Shown in pieces: positions 23,950 to 37,822 of a stretch of 43,176 nt of DNA. Position 1 is the stretch's first letter. The number at the start of each line of letters is the position of its first letter. Made by a program: the position numbers and the translations under genes. The notes under the pieces were generated by a model. It was not told the origin of the DNA. It did no database searches and was given only the letters and a program-made list of their open reading frames with translations. Source of the stretch: Folioceros fuciformis (Eukaryota); the NCBI GenBank assembly GCA_049999805.1, contig JBNGIO010006380.1, positions 34,593 through 77,768 on the forward strand, written 5' to 3'.

Positions 23950-25700
23950 GCTCCATCCGGTGGCAGACCGTACGACCGTTCATTGTGGCGAATGTCTCCT
24001 GCTCGGCCATCATGACTGTATGCACTTCCTTCTGCTGCTCGTAGCTCGAGGCTTCATTCCTTGGCACGATCGAGCATGCCCGCATTCCAATAGCAGCATA
24101 TGTTCGTCATGAGAACGAGAAGTCCCGAGCCTTGCGTTCGCTCTTAAGACACACAGCATTGACATCACGTTTTCCCAGCTCGTCAGGGCCACGTTTATTT
24201 CAACCTGGATAACAGAAGAGCAGCCACACCGACAGATTGGGCTGCATAGGCATGTGGGAAAGCGTATCTTCTGCAACGACCAAATGCCCTGCACGTCGCA
24301 CAAGATCACTTCTTCAGCTCCGCAGACACCCCATGATCTCTGCTCATCCCGACAGAGTATTCCGATGCGTTCTCCACCTTGCCGAAATGGCTCCAGGCCG
24401 TCACCAGTCGCAAGGAATGTTAAGTATTCTCTGGCTTCAGGTCTATCAGAGCCATGTCTTCTAGACCACTTGACGGCTTCCTGCACGCTTCCAAGGCAGC
24501 AATGAATATGGTGTATGTGGATTACGATCCCCTCTGATGGCATCTGGGAGTGCAAGTCGTTCTCCTTGATTGTCTCAGCAGGTGCCGCAAATATGCGAGT
24601 CCAATGACACTCGGTTCTGCTAGACAAATCCTCTTTACACCTCCTAACCGCAATTGCATACAAGGTCATCAACGCGCGCCACCTGCACAAGCACATCTCA
24701 TGCAAAACTTGTTCCAACATCAATGACATGTAATTTCTTAACCTTTTCCTTTTCGAGTGAATACACCTTCAGATCCTGGCCGTCCACCTTTGCACTTCTC
24801 TCCTTCTCTGCCATAGTTCATCACTTTCGGAGTGGTTCGAAACATTTGAAGACGGGCCTGACACCTCTTTCATAACCTGGAAATGTTCTAAAGGCCTGTC
24901 TCCTCGGCCCTGGACGAAATAAGCTACACTGATTTGTCCACGACACAACATGTCGTTCTAATGAACTGTCAACCACAAGGTGCATCCATGAACCTCCTAC
25001 ACGTCACCCATACTCTTCACCTTCTAACCAGTGATTGAGTTGCTGCACAAAAACATTCTCAGTCAGGTGCTCTTTGCGTAGCTGTAGCACGCTATCTCTC
25101 CTTCTCTTCCAGAGTGTCATATCTTAGGAGATTTCTCACCAAGATACCTCTGCCGAGGCCTGACAAACCTCCTTTTCCAATTGAGGAGATTGCTTGCAAT
25201 TGGTTCGTCACGATAGCAGTCCAGCCACAACATTGCGCTCTGACAACCTATCAGACACCTCAGGTGCATCCATAAAGGTTCTAAGCTGAACAAAAAATGT
25301 CTGAGCCAATTTCCCTATGTATATTCGGAGCATAAGTTTCTCTACTCTGTCGAAGTGGCTACAGCTTGGCATATCCATGACTGCCATACCCTCGCTTTCG
25401 GTTGGCTGCCACATGCAACCATGTTACTGACAGACATTCATACGTTGGGCATAAACATTGCCGTCTGTAAATACTGGTAAAGTTGAAAGGCACTTTATTC
25501 GTAGTGCTGCTGAGCATATGCTACCATCATGGCAGTCCATAAACCTGTGTGATCAGGGTACACAAACAACTCCTGTGCATCCTCCATGCTGCTGTCCTTG
25601 CAAACGAGGTAACCAGAATACTGTAAACGAAAATTATCTAATTCAACAAACCCCACCAGCAATTCTAGCATTAATCTTGTTGCCTTAGACATCCGATATG
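23950..25700 (-). pseudogene. Decayed PLS-class pentatricopeptide-repeat gene relic
   Basis: Scattered PPR-like fragments in shifting frames: SMEDAQELF...LWTAMMVAYAQ, DAPEVSDRLSERNVVAG, ERHVVSWT, LEHFQVMKE, LLLECGHA. Many stops; boundaries approximate. Confidence 0.55.
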
Positions 25701-26288
25701 CAAGGAGTGCTTCAAAGACAGCTTGGACTGCGTATGGAACATGGAACATGCAAATATACTCAAAACGCCGTGCCAAATGGAACATTCTAATGAGCATCAG
25801 AAGCACGGACAATCGGTGATATGACACCAGCAAGTGCCCTCCCCGACATATAAGTTGGACAACGCACACGCTACCTTTCCTTGGGAACAGGTGCAAACCA
25901 GAAGATACCCTGTCACCTTGCAGTCGCGCATCTAGCCTGGCTTGGTTGGAATTTTCAACCCAGGTAGTGGTGGTTCCAGCAATCTTCAGCTTGACGAGCA
26001 CACTTCGGAAATATACAACTGACCTACGTCGTTGGTGATACAACGCCCGTGACACGATCCAAGACGAAAATGGGGAAAGTTTCCAACTGAGCCTAAAATT
26101 GTTTAATTTGTCGACGTTGTGAACGAAACAGGGAACGGGGCTGTGGCTCGGAGCGCACCACCACTGCACATCAGGAGCAGGAGCTTGCTCACCGCGTCAT
26201 ACGCGATACTCGAGATCGAAGGCAGGAGGCCAGCTTGCAAGCAAGTGGCAAGCCGGCAGAGGCGGCAACGGCGCATTGCGGCAGCATC

Positions 26289-26814
26289 ATGGCTCTCAAG
26301 GCATCAAAGTCCATTGTGCCTGCCCTAGTTGGGGCGGGTGTTGTGTCCTACATCTTCTGGGATCTGGCTCGCAACCGCAAGGTGTTTGGCGGTAAGCATT
26401 TCTGGTCGACTGGGCATCCTTAATGACGTTGCTTGTGCTGCAGATGATTTCGCTTGGCTGCCTTTCTGCACAGCGATCACCGAAACGCTTGCGGAAACTG
26501 CTTATCGTTTTCCCTTGGAAGCCAGCAATTGTCTAGTGATATGATGCTTGACTTCTGCTCAGCAGGTCGTGATGTGTCAATGGTAGAGGAGATATGCTCC
26601 TTACCAGGCTAAGGTGATGAATTGTTGCAATTATTTCATGCTCATTGCTGTTTGAGGTTATTGCTGTGCAGGCACTGTGCCCCGAACCCTGACCAAGGAA
26701 TGGGCCAAGGAGACTGAAAGGCTCATGGACGAAGGCTGGCCGGTCGTGGCTGGAAAACCCGTGGTGATGAACCCTATCTCTAGACAGAACTACAGGAAAG
26801 CATCAGGCGATTGA
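26289..26814 (+). CDS. DUF1138 / OZI1-family small mitochondrial protein (COX-X2, plant COX4-like), 2 exons
   Basis: Exons 26289-26391 and 26672-26814 give MALKASKSIVPALVGAGVVSYIFWDLARNRKVFGGTVPRTLTKEWAKETERLMDEGWPVVAGKPVVMNPISRQNYRKASGD. Family signature K[IV]FGGT...WP..AG.PVVMNPISRQN. Confidence 0.9.
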
Positions 26815-27148
26815 TAGGCGTTGGATGGCCAGGGTTATGGTGACCAGGGCCGCTTGTAGCGTTGACTCACATGGTGGCTGTGTTTCAGACTGAACTGAGT
26901 CGATTGCCTGTATATCTTGCCAAGAATGCTTGGGAGAGGGGATCGGACAGGAGAACGTGAGTTTTTTAGTCCTCTTTCGTAGGTAACAAAAAATTATGTG
27001 AGCGCTTTGCCCAAGGCATTAGCAGGTTGAATGAAGTCTCCAATGCTATCGTTGAACATCAAGCTATGATTGTTTCTGGTGCTAAGGCTTAACATCTGCT
27101 AACATAGTTTCTGGAATGGTGATTGTCACTCGTTGCGAGTGGCCTGAA

Positions 27149-28105
27149 TTACATAGACCGCCTGAAGGATTTATCCTGTGCACTTTTCTTTTCTTTCACA
27201 AGAGTGGTATCGTCTTCTGACTTGGTTTTGTTAAATGCCTCAGTCAGAGCGTCCACTCGCCTCCTCATTCTAGTGTGCATGAAGGCCTTGGAGCACTTGA
27301 TATGATAGGCGACGTATGAATGAAAGGTCGAAAGACTCCACACGACTTTTTCTAAGCTGTCTCCCTCCACATGGCGGGGGCCGATGACGAAAGACACAAA
27401 GCCGCAGTTGGCATCAAGGGCCTGAGGAGGCGCACCCTTGAGCTCAAGAGGAGGACTGGTAGACCACTTGCAAACAGGCGCGGTGTCTACACTTGCTGTG
27501 CGTCGTGCCTCCATGAACTCCTGTAAGAAGGAGGTTGCGAGAATGACGTCGTTGGCATCCTTGAAACGCATGGGAAACACCACAATCACCTTCTCTCGTT
27601 GCGGGATCACAAAATAAGACTCCCTCGGCCTGTGCACCAGAGAGGTGAGCAGGTCAGCATCCGGATCCACTTTCTTGGCGGCGAGATGCTTCAAGATGTT
27701 GCGTAAGGGAGCTCCCAGCACTATAGATCGAAGGGATGCCAACCTCGTCACCAGATGCAGGCGCTGTCCCTCATCAGAGGGCAGACCGGTGAGATCGAGG
27801 CGTAAGGTGAGATCGAAGCCGGGCTCCGTGGCCCCCATGACTTGGACTGCATGGCCATAAGCCCCTCTGACAGCTTCGGCGGCACCAAGGGGCAGACTCC
27901 CGGATAAAACCGTTTCCGGAGGCGGAGGAGGAATGGAGATAGACAAGAAGAGATGTTGGGGTTCCTTCGCCGTGGCTCGGATTTGGTAGCGCACGCCGTC
28001 GAACTCCACCAGCTGGTAGTCGATCTCCAGTCCTCTGTCCAGAGCGCGCAGTCGAGCATGGAGCTTGTGCTGCAATACTCGGGATGTTCCTCGCAGCAGA
28101 ATCAT
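27149..28105 (-). CDS. ARPC2: Arp2/3 complex 34-kDa subunit, single-exon CDS
   Basis: 318-aa ORF: MILL...EFDGVRY...VHRPRESYF...LATSFLQEFMEARR...FHSYVAYHIKCSKAFMHTRMRRRV. Confidence 0.96.
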   Translation of the reverse strand: MILLRGTSRVLQHKLHARLRALDRGLEIDYQLVEFDGVRYQIRATAKEPQHLFLSISIPPPPPETVLSGSLPLGAAEAVRGAYGHAVQVMGATEPGFDLTLRLDLTGLPSDEGQRLHLVTRLASLRSIVLGAPLRNILKHLAAKKVDPDADLLTSLVHRPRESYFVIPQREKVIVVFPMRFKDANDVILATSFLQEFMEARRTASVDTAPVCKWSTSPPLELKGAPPQALDANCGFVSFVIGPRHVEGDSLEKVVWSLSTFHSYVAYHIKCSKAFMHTRMRRRVDALTEAFNKTKSEDDTTLVKEKKSAQDKSFRRSM

Positions 28106-28499
28106 GTCAGCAGTACCTCCACCTTGTCACCGTGTACCAGTTCAACTGGAAGTCTCGTATGATGTCGGAACAGTGCCAGATCCTGCACAAGAGTTGTTAG
28201 GTTTTCTAACCACAGCCTGCGGATTTGCCAATGTCACGACACCACAGTGTTACAGAACCTGCAGACGTCAAAGAGCCAGCCTTGGATTGTCCGCAAAGGC
28301 CGTGTCAGTTTCCTGTTTTGCCACTGTCCCGGGGCCTCACGGTTGTCTGTTGGTGAATCACCACGACTTCTTGTGAGAGGCTGACATCCATGGGCCTCGG
28401 AAGGTCAGAAACTTGGCATTGGAGGAACTGGTGGACATGTTGAGTGGCCCTCGACAGAAAACCCAGTTTATTCCGTCACATGATGTGGCTGCCAGTTCT

Positions 28500-29320
28500 T
28501 CCTAGAAGATACGTGCCATCGCGGCCTTGCAGGGTTGCCCGCTGCTCCCACAAATTGAAATATACCCCATGGCAACTGCTCACCTTGAGCATCGCAAGGC
28601 CGATCAGACTGTTTTCCCCTGAAGGTGGAAACAGGTTGCCGACTCTTACGATATTTTGTAGACCTTATTCCATCAGGTATGCAACCATAACTTCTAGACT
28701 GCTTTCTCCCCTCCTCAGCTCCAGAAGTGAAACCTTTATAGATGTGACAATGTACCCTATACAAGTTGGCTAATTTACATCACCACAAGAGACAATTCAA
28801 CCTAATTTACAGAAAAGAAAACGGGAACTATGGTTACATGGCCGATGATGGAACACTGATGCTAAGAAAGATTCGTTGTTGTCATCCTCCTAAACGGCTT
28901 GCTCACCATCAACCTTGCCTGCGAATCTAAAGCACTCACACACAGGAGTAGGAGTCTTTGGGATGTTAAGATACAACTACCTCTCTGGGCCTTGATACTT
29001 GGACTACCCCGTGCCACACTCTGCACCCTGATTGTCATAATCCTGGACCGCAACTCTACATGAGCTCCGCTTTCTCATCATTTTTCTGAGTTAATGCGGG
29101 AGCTCTAATGCCTTACACTCTTCAGACCAAAGTCTTCCTACGTTGTGTACAGCCTGAGCACGCTTAACTGCAGCCAGGATCTCTTCCTTCATTGGTCCTC
29201 TCATCTTCTCACTGCATGCGATGTCCCGTGAGAAGGTTGCAAAATGATCCCACTTCAAGCGGACTGGCCTGAGCTGGAGATGGGAAAGAATGATACCTGT
29301 CCATTGAAGCACAGGGGCAA
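28500..29320 (-). pseudogene. Decayed ABCB nucleotide-binding-domain relic immediately downstream of the ABCB gene
   Basis: KEEILAAVKRAQA (cf. [13 protein letters not shown]), RLLLLCVSALDSQARLMVSKPFRRMTTT (cf. [32 protein letters not shown]), GVYFNL (cf. GAYFQL), in collinear order. Confidence 0.55.
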
Positions 29321-29353
29321 GTTCAAACTGCAGTGAGGAACATATGGTGAGGC

Positions 29354-32300
29354 CTACGTCTTCTCCATGGAGGAGCGAAGATTTGCTAGTCGTGCATAAG
29401 CCCCATTAGGCTTGGACATCAATTCTTCGTGCCGTCCTTTCTCAACTATGGTCCGATGCTTTACCACGGCAATGATATCTGCATTCTGAACAGTTGAGAG
29501 CCGATGGGCTATCATGATAGTGGTCCGATCCATAGCTACACGGTCCAGGGCATCTTGAACCACCCTCTCTGACTCTGCATCCAACGCGCTTGTTGCTTCA
29601 TCCAGCAACAATACTTTGGGGTTCTTTACGATCGCTCTAGCGATTGCAATGCGTTGCTTCTGGCCGCCTGACAGCTGAGTACCCTTCTCTCCAACCATCG
29701 TGTTGTATCCATCTGGAAGCTCTGAAATGAATTTGTGGGCATTGGAAGCTTTTGCAGCTCCTTCTAACTCTTCTTGAGAAACGTCAGGTCCAGTGCCGTT
29801 GTCATGCCGTCCATAGAGTATATTGGCTCTGATTGTGTCATTGAAGACAACAGGCTCTTGACTCACTAAGCCCAGCTGTTGCCGGAGCCATTTTAACTGT
29901 AGTTCCTTGATGTCAATGCCGTCCAATAAAATCAGACCAGCCTCTGGATCGTAGAACCTCTCCAAGAGAGATATCGCTGTTGATTTACCGCTGCCGCTCT
30001 CTCCGACTAGGGCCACAGTCTGCTAGCAAACAACAATTTGGTCAACCCACATCACATGTGCTGAGAAAACCTGAGATCCCTACAGCACAGAGACGACGCA
30101 ATGTAGACCCATACCTTCCCTGCTGGTATCGACAAGGAAAAGTTTCGAAAGATGAGAACATCAGGCCTTGACGGATATCTGAATTTCACATGTCTGTACT
30201 CAATATCTCCTTTCACGGATAGCAGAGTCTTTCCGTTCATGTTGGATGAGTCGATCTTCGACTTAGCGTCCAGAATTTCGAATATAGAATCAACCGCTGA
30301 GTACACCCTTCCCAAGTCCGGCGCCAGGCTTGTGCTTTGAGCTATGCTGGTAGCACTGAGAGCAATAGCCAAGAAAACCTGAATTCACCAAGACATGCAC
30401 CTCAGATTTGCAGCCGTGTTACTAGCTAGGCAGCACTCGTTCGACGGAAATGGGTGATGAAGCTGATGGAACTTACCATGAAGACGTCATGGAATGACGT
30501 CTCGCCCTTGTCGACAAGGCGAGCTCCGTACCAAAAGCTCAGAGCATATGCCACGAAGGTTGCAAACTGTGCAAAGCCAAGACCAGCTCCGGCAATAAAG
30601 CCTTGTTTTATTTCTTCTTCTTTCGGAGTTTTACACTTGGCTTCAAAGGTTTGCACTACTGTCTTCTCAGCACAAAACGAGGCTACAGTTCGAATACTTC
30701 CAACTGCGTCACAAGCCATTTGACTGGCCTCTTGATATGCCACCTGCAAAAGAAACAGAGAGAGAGGAAATCAAGCTCTAATGGAGCAAGACAGCGCTCT
30801 CTCAAACCCAAATGCACATTATCACCCGTTTGAAGCCCATGCACCGACTGCAAGACGTTCAAGTGCTGAACTCTGAAGTAACAGGTCTGCTCTCAAACCT
30901 TTGTCCGGGCACCGGACCCTCGTGTTCTTTGTATTTGAACGTAGCCTTGCAAACCAATGAGAGGCATCATAGCGAAGACCACAAGCGCCAGCTTCCAGTT
31001 TGCTAGGAAGCCAATAAGTAGTGCGCCAACTACTGTTGACAGATTCTGCACCAGCAGTGAAACTAGATCCCCGACAATACTCTGGACGACGGAACCATCT
31101 ACGGCCAACCGAGCACTTACTGCACCACTGTAATCAGACAAAGACAGAATCAAATTCTGATGCTCGTAATCAGGCTTCCGATACGCATGGGAAATATAAA
31201 CCAGGTAACGCGAAACACCACAGCAGGGATGGCATCTTAGAGGCGAAAAGAAAACAAGCCATAACGCACCTGGAGTTTTCGGCATCATCGAACCAACCAA
31301 TCTCCTGCCTGACCACCTTACTGAACATAGATCGGCGCACCACACGTGCTAATTTGTGACCCATCACTTGCAGGCACAAAGTCCTGATGGGCATTACTAT
31401 CGCCACACTGACTGCCAGTACAACAAACATGCACGCCCAGAAATTGATATGCCTCCGGACCTCATGAGGGTCTGGGTTGTAGAAGATGGTCACGGCATGA
31501 GCTAAGAGGAGACCAAACACTGGCGTGGAGGCTCCATAGCCAATGGCACACACAACGCCCACCAAAGCGAACAGCTTCCCATCTCCACGAAGCAGACTTA
31601 GTGGGCGAAAGATGGAGTGCTCCTTGTGCGGAAACAGACTACCAGTCTCTATGTCGTACACGGGTTTTGGTCGTCGAATTAGTCGATCTACCAAACCTTG
31701 CTTGGGGGCCTGCGCGATCCTTGCCCTCAGTTCATTGCTGTCGACTGGCTTGCCTGCAATGCTGCCGAATAAAAACATGAAACCGAGGTTAAACCCGTGC
31801 AAGACATCACTCATACTTGCACTGCTATTCAGACAAAAATACCTGCGGAAAGAGGAAGACCTTCTACTACTTGAGTATCTACTGCTAGATCTGCTTGAAG
31901 CATATGAGATGAGGTTCACTTCATCATCATCCACATCTGCCTCAGGCTCCTCCGCTGGTTTCAGGGCTTGCAATTGCACAAGCTGGAAATATGCGCCGCT
32001 CTCATTGCTAAGCAGCTCCGCGTGAGTTCCTGCACATCCAGGCAATGACGTCCCAGATCAATCCCCCAAAATCGTGAGCAACCACCTGGTTGTCATAGTT
32101 CACAGTCAACTGCAGCTCAAGATCAACCTTGTTGGATTATGGCTCCATGCTGCACCACCGCTATCATGCTAGCATTCCGAATGGTTGAAAGACGGTGGGC
32201 CACGACTACAGTGGTTCTGTCCTTCATGAGACGGTCCAATGCTTCTTGGACCACGGTCTCAGATTTGGTGTCCAAAGCACTGGTTGCCTCATCGAGAAGA

Positions 32301-34777
32301 AGAATCTTGGGATTCTTCAAAATGGCCCTTGCAATAGCCACCCTCTGCTTCTGGCCCCCAGACAACTGGGCACCATGCTCTCCCACCTGTGTGTCATATC
32401 CCTACACGACAAAACAATTCAGATGGGAGAACTAAACCACTATGGTCCACGTTCTTCCAGTCCACTGCTCTCACAATTTACCTCGGGGAATTTTCCGATG
32501 AAGAAGGCAGCATTCGCACGCTCGGCTGCTGCCTGGATCTCTTCCGTGGTTGCTCCAGGTTTGCCATAAGCGATGTTATCCCTGATGGAAGCTGCAAACA
32601 ACACCGGTTCTTGCCCCACCAGCCCTATCTGTTGCCTCAGCCATGTGACGTTTAGGGTCTTGATATCCACGCCGTCAAGCAGAACCACCCCACATTGAGG
32701 ATCATAGAAGCGCTCAATCAAGCTCACAACGGTCGACTTGCCACTGCCACTCTCTCCGACAAGAGCTACTGTGCTGCACGAAGCTATGGAGAGACAGAAG
32801 TTGGAGAAAATCTGCACCCCTGGGCGAGTAGGATAGTGGAAATGCACTTGGCGCAACTCGATATCGCCCTTCAAGTCGGCTATGCTTTCTCCACCGGGAT
32901 CAGACGAATCGATGGGCGGCTTTCTGACGATCACTTCAAACAACTTAAAGGATGCTTGCCGCCCTAGCTGAATGGCAGCCAAAGACGGGGCAGCGTGGCC
33001 GAGACTCCTGACCTCCACAAGCAAGCAGGAGTCGCGTGGTGATAAGACAAGCATACAAAACTGCAGCTATACATACAAGACATGCAGAAGACGGTTGGGG
33101 TTCTCCACACAACTTACAGGCCTCCTAGGATAATAGAGAAGATGATTGTCAGTGCAGTCCCTCCGTTGTAACCCTCGTTGGTGACAAGGATAGAGCCATA
33201 CCAAAGGCCTAAAGCATAGGTATTGTAGAGGACGAGGAAGATTCCAGAAACACCCACGGAGGCAAACACGGTCTGAGAGACAGACACCTTGTAACCTTTC
33301 TTGAGTGATCTATCATAGTCATCCACCGCTTTCTTCTCCCCGCTGAAGCAAACAACCTGAAAAAGGCATGAGGAGGACCCGAGACATGCGCGATGTTACA
33401 ATGGTGACAAATCTGTGCCTCCACTGGACAGCAAAAATGCAGGTCATGATGATCCCCTTACCGTTCGAATAGAGCTGAGAATTTGCTCAACCATTTTAGC
33501 TCCTTCGGAATAGGCATCCAGTCCCCGCCGGGTCTTCATCTGCACCAGAGCTGCCCCCAAAGCTCCAGTGCCGAAGAGAAGCGGCAGGGACGAAGCAATG
33601 ACCAGCGCCAGCTTCCAACCCTTGAACAAGGCAATGGCATAGCCTGCCACAAAAGTGGACATGTACTGTACAAATCGTCCAGCCTGCAAGCGCAGGGGAA
33701 GGAAGGTGAAACGGACGACAACACAAAATTAAAGCATCCGCGTACAGTACCCAATGTCACTGTCACTCGAGCACGCACCTGATCCCCGACGGCTGCCTGG
33801 ATGTGAAGCGTGTCCGTAGCCAACCTAGCCACCACCTCGCCTGTGGCAGTCTCCTTGTCGAAGAAGGCCACATCCTGCTTCAAAATTGCTCTGAGATACG
33901 CAGTCCGTATGCGATTCGACTGCCGCTCTGCCGTAGCAGCCCAGAATGCCACCGCTGTAACAGCACCGTAACAGGTCACAAAAATCAGTCCCCGGAAATG
34001 TCGGAATCACCACACCGGAACACGCGAGAGAGCTCGCTCACCAGTATATCCCGCCACGGCCGACGCGATGCCGACGTAAATGAGCTTCAAAACGAGCTGC
34101 GCACTTACACCAATCGAGATGACAACGCGCGTGGAGACAAACCTTCCAAGCACCTCCCAAAGCAAGAATTAGGAAGCATCCTACGTTGAGGAAGTCCCAC
34201 CCACCTGATTCACAGAGTGGTGAAGAGACGGCCCACTGCTTCCAAACGCGTTGAGGATGGAGCCCAGCAGGAGAGCGAGCGCAGGCTGCGAGGCCCCAAC
34301 ACCCATTGCTCCCACGGTCCCGAGCAGCATGAAGACGTAGTCCACCCCGTCTGCGAACGCGAACAGCTTGTAGAATGGAACAGCTGGCGCTTTCTCCTTC
34401 TCCTTCTTCTTCTTGCCCGGATTTTCCTTCACGTCCTGGTCGGGACCAGGAGGACCAGCCGCCAAGCTGCTGGAATTCCCGGGCCTCTTGCTCGACTCCG
34501 CAGGCAGGTGCAGACCCACAATTCCCGGTGGAATATCCTCCACCTCCACCCCCAGTTCCTCCCCGTCCAGAGACCGACTCCTGGACAAGGAGAAGTCTGC
34601 GTCTGCGTCTGCGTCTGCGTCTCCACCCTCATTTCCATGAGCCCGTTCCTCCCTTTCCTGCAACTCATGCTCTTGCTCTTGCTCAAGCTCAGGCTCGAGC
34701 TCCAGCTCAGACTGAGGAGTGGAGGAACTCGGGACAGTATGGGCAGGTCCGGGTAGTGCAGCCCCGGCAGACTCCAT
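29354..34777 (-). CDS. Full-size ABCB (P-glycoprotein/MDR) transporter, TMD-NBD-TMD-NBD, ~13 exons
   Basis: [15 protein letters not shown]-like [23 protein letters not shown], two Walker A motifs (GESGSGKS), two LSGGQKQR signatures, two Walker B motifs ([11 protein letters not shown]), [12 protein letters not shown] introns throughout. Confidence 0.96.
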
Positions 34778-37700
34778 TGCCAGGAGTGCCTGCCTGCCCT
34801 GCCCTTCCCTGCCCTGCTTCCTGCAACTGGCAAATGCAAGTCTGGGACTGCAAGCCCAGGACTCTACTGCTCTCCGGCAGCAAGAGTAGTTCCTGGTGGG
34901 TGAGCGTGTGCGCCATTTCCAGATTTATTCGAGCCAGCCAGAGGCAGCTAAAAATAAAGCAAACCTTTCCGCTTCCGATACAAACGTAGGCTGCACCCAG
35001 ACTTGGAAAGTTGAAATGTCTGCTGCAAACAACAGAGTGCAGCGGCGACAACAGCAACCCAACTGTACCGGTCTTGGGTCTTGGGTCTCGGCCACCACTG
35101 GCCACTCGTACATATGTACATATCTACATACATACATGCATATTCTTCAGATGTGTGTGTGCCTGTACTCGTGCAATCTCGAGACGTCAGGTGGCCGTGG
35201 CGTTAACCATACAGTACCTGAAGTCCGACGTAACCCACGAGCGTGCATAAAACTCTCTCTAGCACAGCTCAGAGTTTAATCCCTGGGTACTGAATGTACG
35301 ATTTCAAGAACGAGTTACCGCAGATCGGGACTTGGGATTTTACGACCACTGTCTCGATGCAATGTATTTACATTGTGGAAATCGCCCTTCTTCTTAGCGG
35401 CTTGTTGTAGGCAAATAGGGATTGGTAATGAGACACACAATGTTCTTTCCGCATCATTCTTCAAGCTTTGTCAATTTTTCCCAAGCAACCAAGGAGAAGC
35501 GCAATAAAGCTTTATTCCCAACCAACCAAGGAGGAGCATGGTTGTTACAATGGTGTCTCACTCCAAGTACAACAGTGCATAACAAGTAAGAAGTTTGCAA
35601 GTTGCTTCTTGCATAGGCTTGTTTAAACATAGCACTACAGCCACAAAAGTGAACACTCGATCTAGCTTCTTAAGTAGCACCTTCGACTTGTAAAGGCATG
35701 GTTCGATCTAGCATGCAACCACAAAGCGAACACTCGGCCTACCTAAACACAACACATGATTTAGAATAGATTTATCTACATTGGGGACATGGTTACATTG
35801 CCCTATGTCACAATCCTAGAACACAAAGACAAGCATTCTAGGTTGTTTATGTCTGTCCCACAAAGTTGCCTCCCTACAATGCAAATGCAAGAAGGACAAG
35901 TTCAAGCTATTGATAAACACAGCTGCTTGCATCTCTAGGTGTGCCAAGACAAGATCCAACAAAACCCAAAAGCACAAAATAAAAACTTTTGTAACACATG
36001 ACATGAGGACAATGGATATCTGGGTGTTGGAATGAACCCGTGAAGTGAGTTGATGCATGGTCACCACGTGTGCTCAAATGAATGTGTATCATGGTTTTGT
36101 GGTATACATATTGTCTTAAGTTTTGGCTCTTTCCTTGCCTTGTTGCAAACCAACCATCCCACTGGCTGACAGCAACAAACTGGTCGAGTAAGAGATATAT
36201 ATATATAATAAATCAAGTTTTATAATAAAATGTGCATAAATAAATTAGAATTCACCCGAGAGATAGGCAAACATGTTCCTTCAGTGCAGCGTATATACTG
36301 TATGTTACTACATACATACATATTCGCACACGACAGTGAACCTGGAGCAGAAATGGTGGGATGTTGAGCGGACAGAGACGGAAGTGCGGGCGACCACAGC
36401 AAGGACCCGGACAGAAAGGAAAGAAGCACCTGGACCAGCCAGATCCCGGAGGCTCCTGCATCTGGACTGTGAAGCAGCTAGGGCGGTGATTTTCCTTTTG
36501 GGTTCGGAAAACGAGGAGACATTTGGAGGTTCTAGCCTGCTCCGACACTACCGTGAGCAAATTTGGATCCAGTGGGGCCGAGCTTCGCCTGAAAAGCCGC
36601 TTTTCTGGAGGGAAACTGAGATTGCCGAATTTGCTATCTTTGCTGCTTGCACTCCACACGACTGCACGGCATTGGCGAGCTTGCCGGCCTCGTTCTGCAC
36701 AGTGGAGTCGAGTGGCCAGATGCCTGCAAGTTGCCGCCAAGCGAGTAGTCACCCGGCTACAGTGTCTCGTACTCGCACGCTCCGGCACTTTGAATTATTA
36801 ACCTGAGATGACGCTTACACAGTGTCTGTTCCTTTGTAGTGACGCTCTATCAGAATGCAACACGCAATGGTCTGAGAGATTTTTTGTCACGGCAGCATGC
36901 GAATGGTGATCCAGCCCCACGTGGAGCTCTTTGTGATTTTTGATTCAGACAAGGATTATTTCTCGTGGTCGGGTTCTGTCCGAATCCACAGCCTGCAACA
37001 CGGGTAGAAGAGGCTTGAGATTGGTTTGGACCGAGACGCATTTGTCCGCGCACCCATACCGAGGACCATTTTCTTATGATTGATCCATATCCAAGCCTTG
37101 TTGAAGACGTCGTGTGGGTGTTGGGAAACTCGAGGTTCACATCCTCTTGCTCGCTGGTAGCCGCTGGCTACGCGGTGAGACGAACAAGACAAACCTTCAC
37201 AACATTCTCAGAAACCTCCACGTTGTTGCACTCGTAANNNNNNNNNNNNNNNNNNNNNNNNNNNNNNNNNNNNNNNNNNNNNNNNNNNNNNNNNNNNNNN
37301 NNNNNNNNNNNNNNNNNNNNNNNNNNNNNNNNNNNNNACTCGTAAACGGATAGGGGAGCACGGCTCTTTGGCACCTCTGATTGCACGTGGCGCCGAGTTC
37401 TGGGGGCCAGACTCCGAGTCCACTTGATTGCCCGCGAGGCGAGACCCTGTTCAGTCCGAGATTTTTGACCGAGCTCCTTTTTAACAGGCCAGCTTAGGCG
37501 TATGTAAATAGCTACATACATGCATGTATGGCAACACCCGTGATCGTGGTCAAGAGGATGGTCAGCTCAAGGCGTGCTAGCTCCTCAGCTTCTCTCGTCG
37601 GATTCTCTCATGACACCAACCTAAGCCTTGGGTGCCAAACCTTCCGACTGGTTACAGCAGAACACGGCACATCTTGGGTGCAGGACTTATGGGCAGAAGT

Positions 37701-37815
37701 GGTAGGTTACCTTCAACTGAGGTGCACCTTTTTGCTTCTCACCAACTGAAATTTGCAGTTACACATCGTTGTTCGACACGAAGCGGCCGCCATCCTGAGT
37801 TTGTGACGAATCGAG

Positions 37816-37822
37816 TATAAAA
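37816..37822 (+). promoter_or_regulatory. TATA box of TKPR1-like gene
   Basis: TATAAAA about 90 nt upstream of the ATG at 37907. Confidence 0.6.

Noticed and set aside
23989-24062. Partial miR166-like strings (aggcttcattcc; gaatgt...gctcgg)
   Set aside because: Only ~12 nt match the mature miRNA and the arms do not form a proper hairpin.
35670-35722. B-box-like GGTTCGATC followed by ...ACCA, suggesting a tRNA or SINE
   Set aside because: No cloverleaf or A-box could be built. It lies in a small local duplication.
36252-36806. Overlapping 177/178-aa ORFs on both strands upstream of TKPR1
   Set aside because: No recognisable motifs or splice structure. Probably non-coding.
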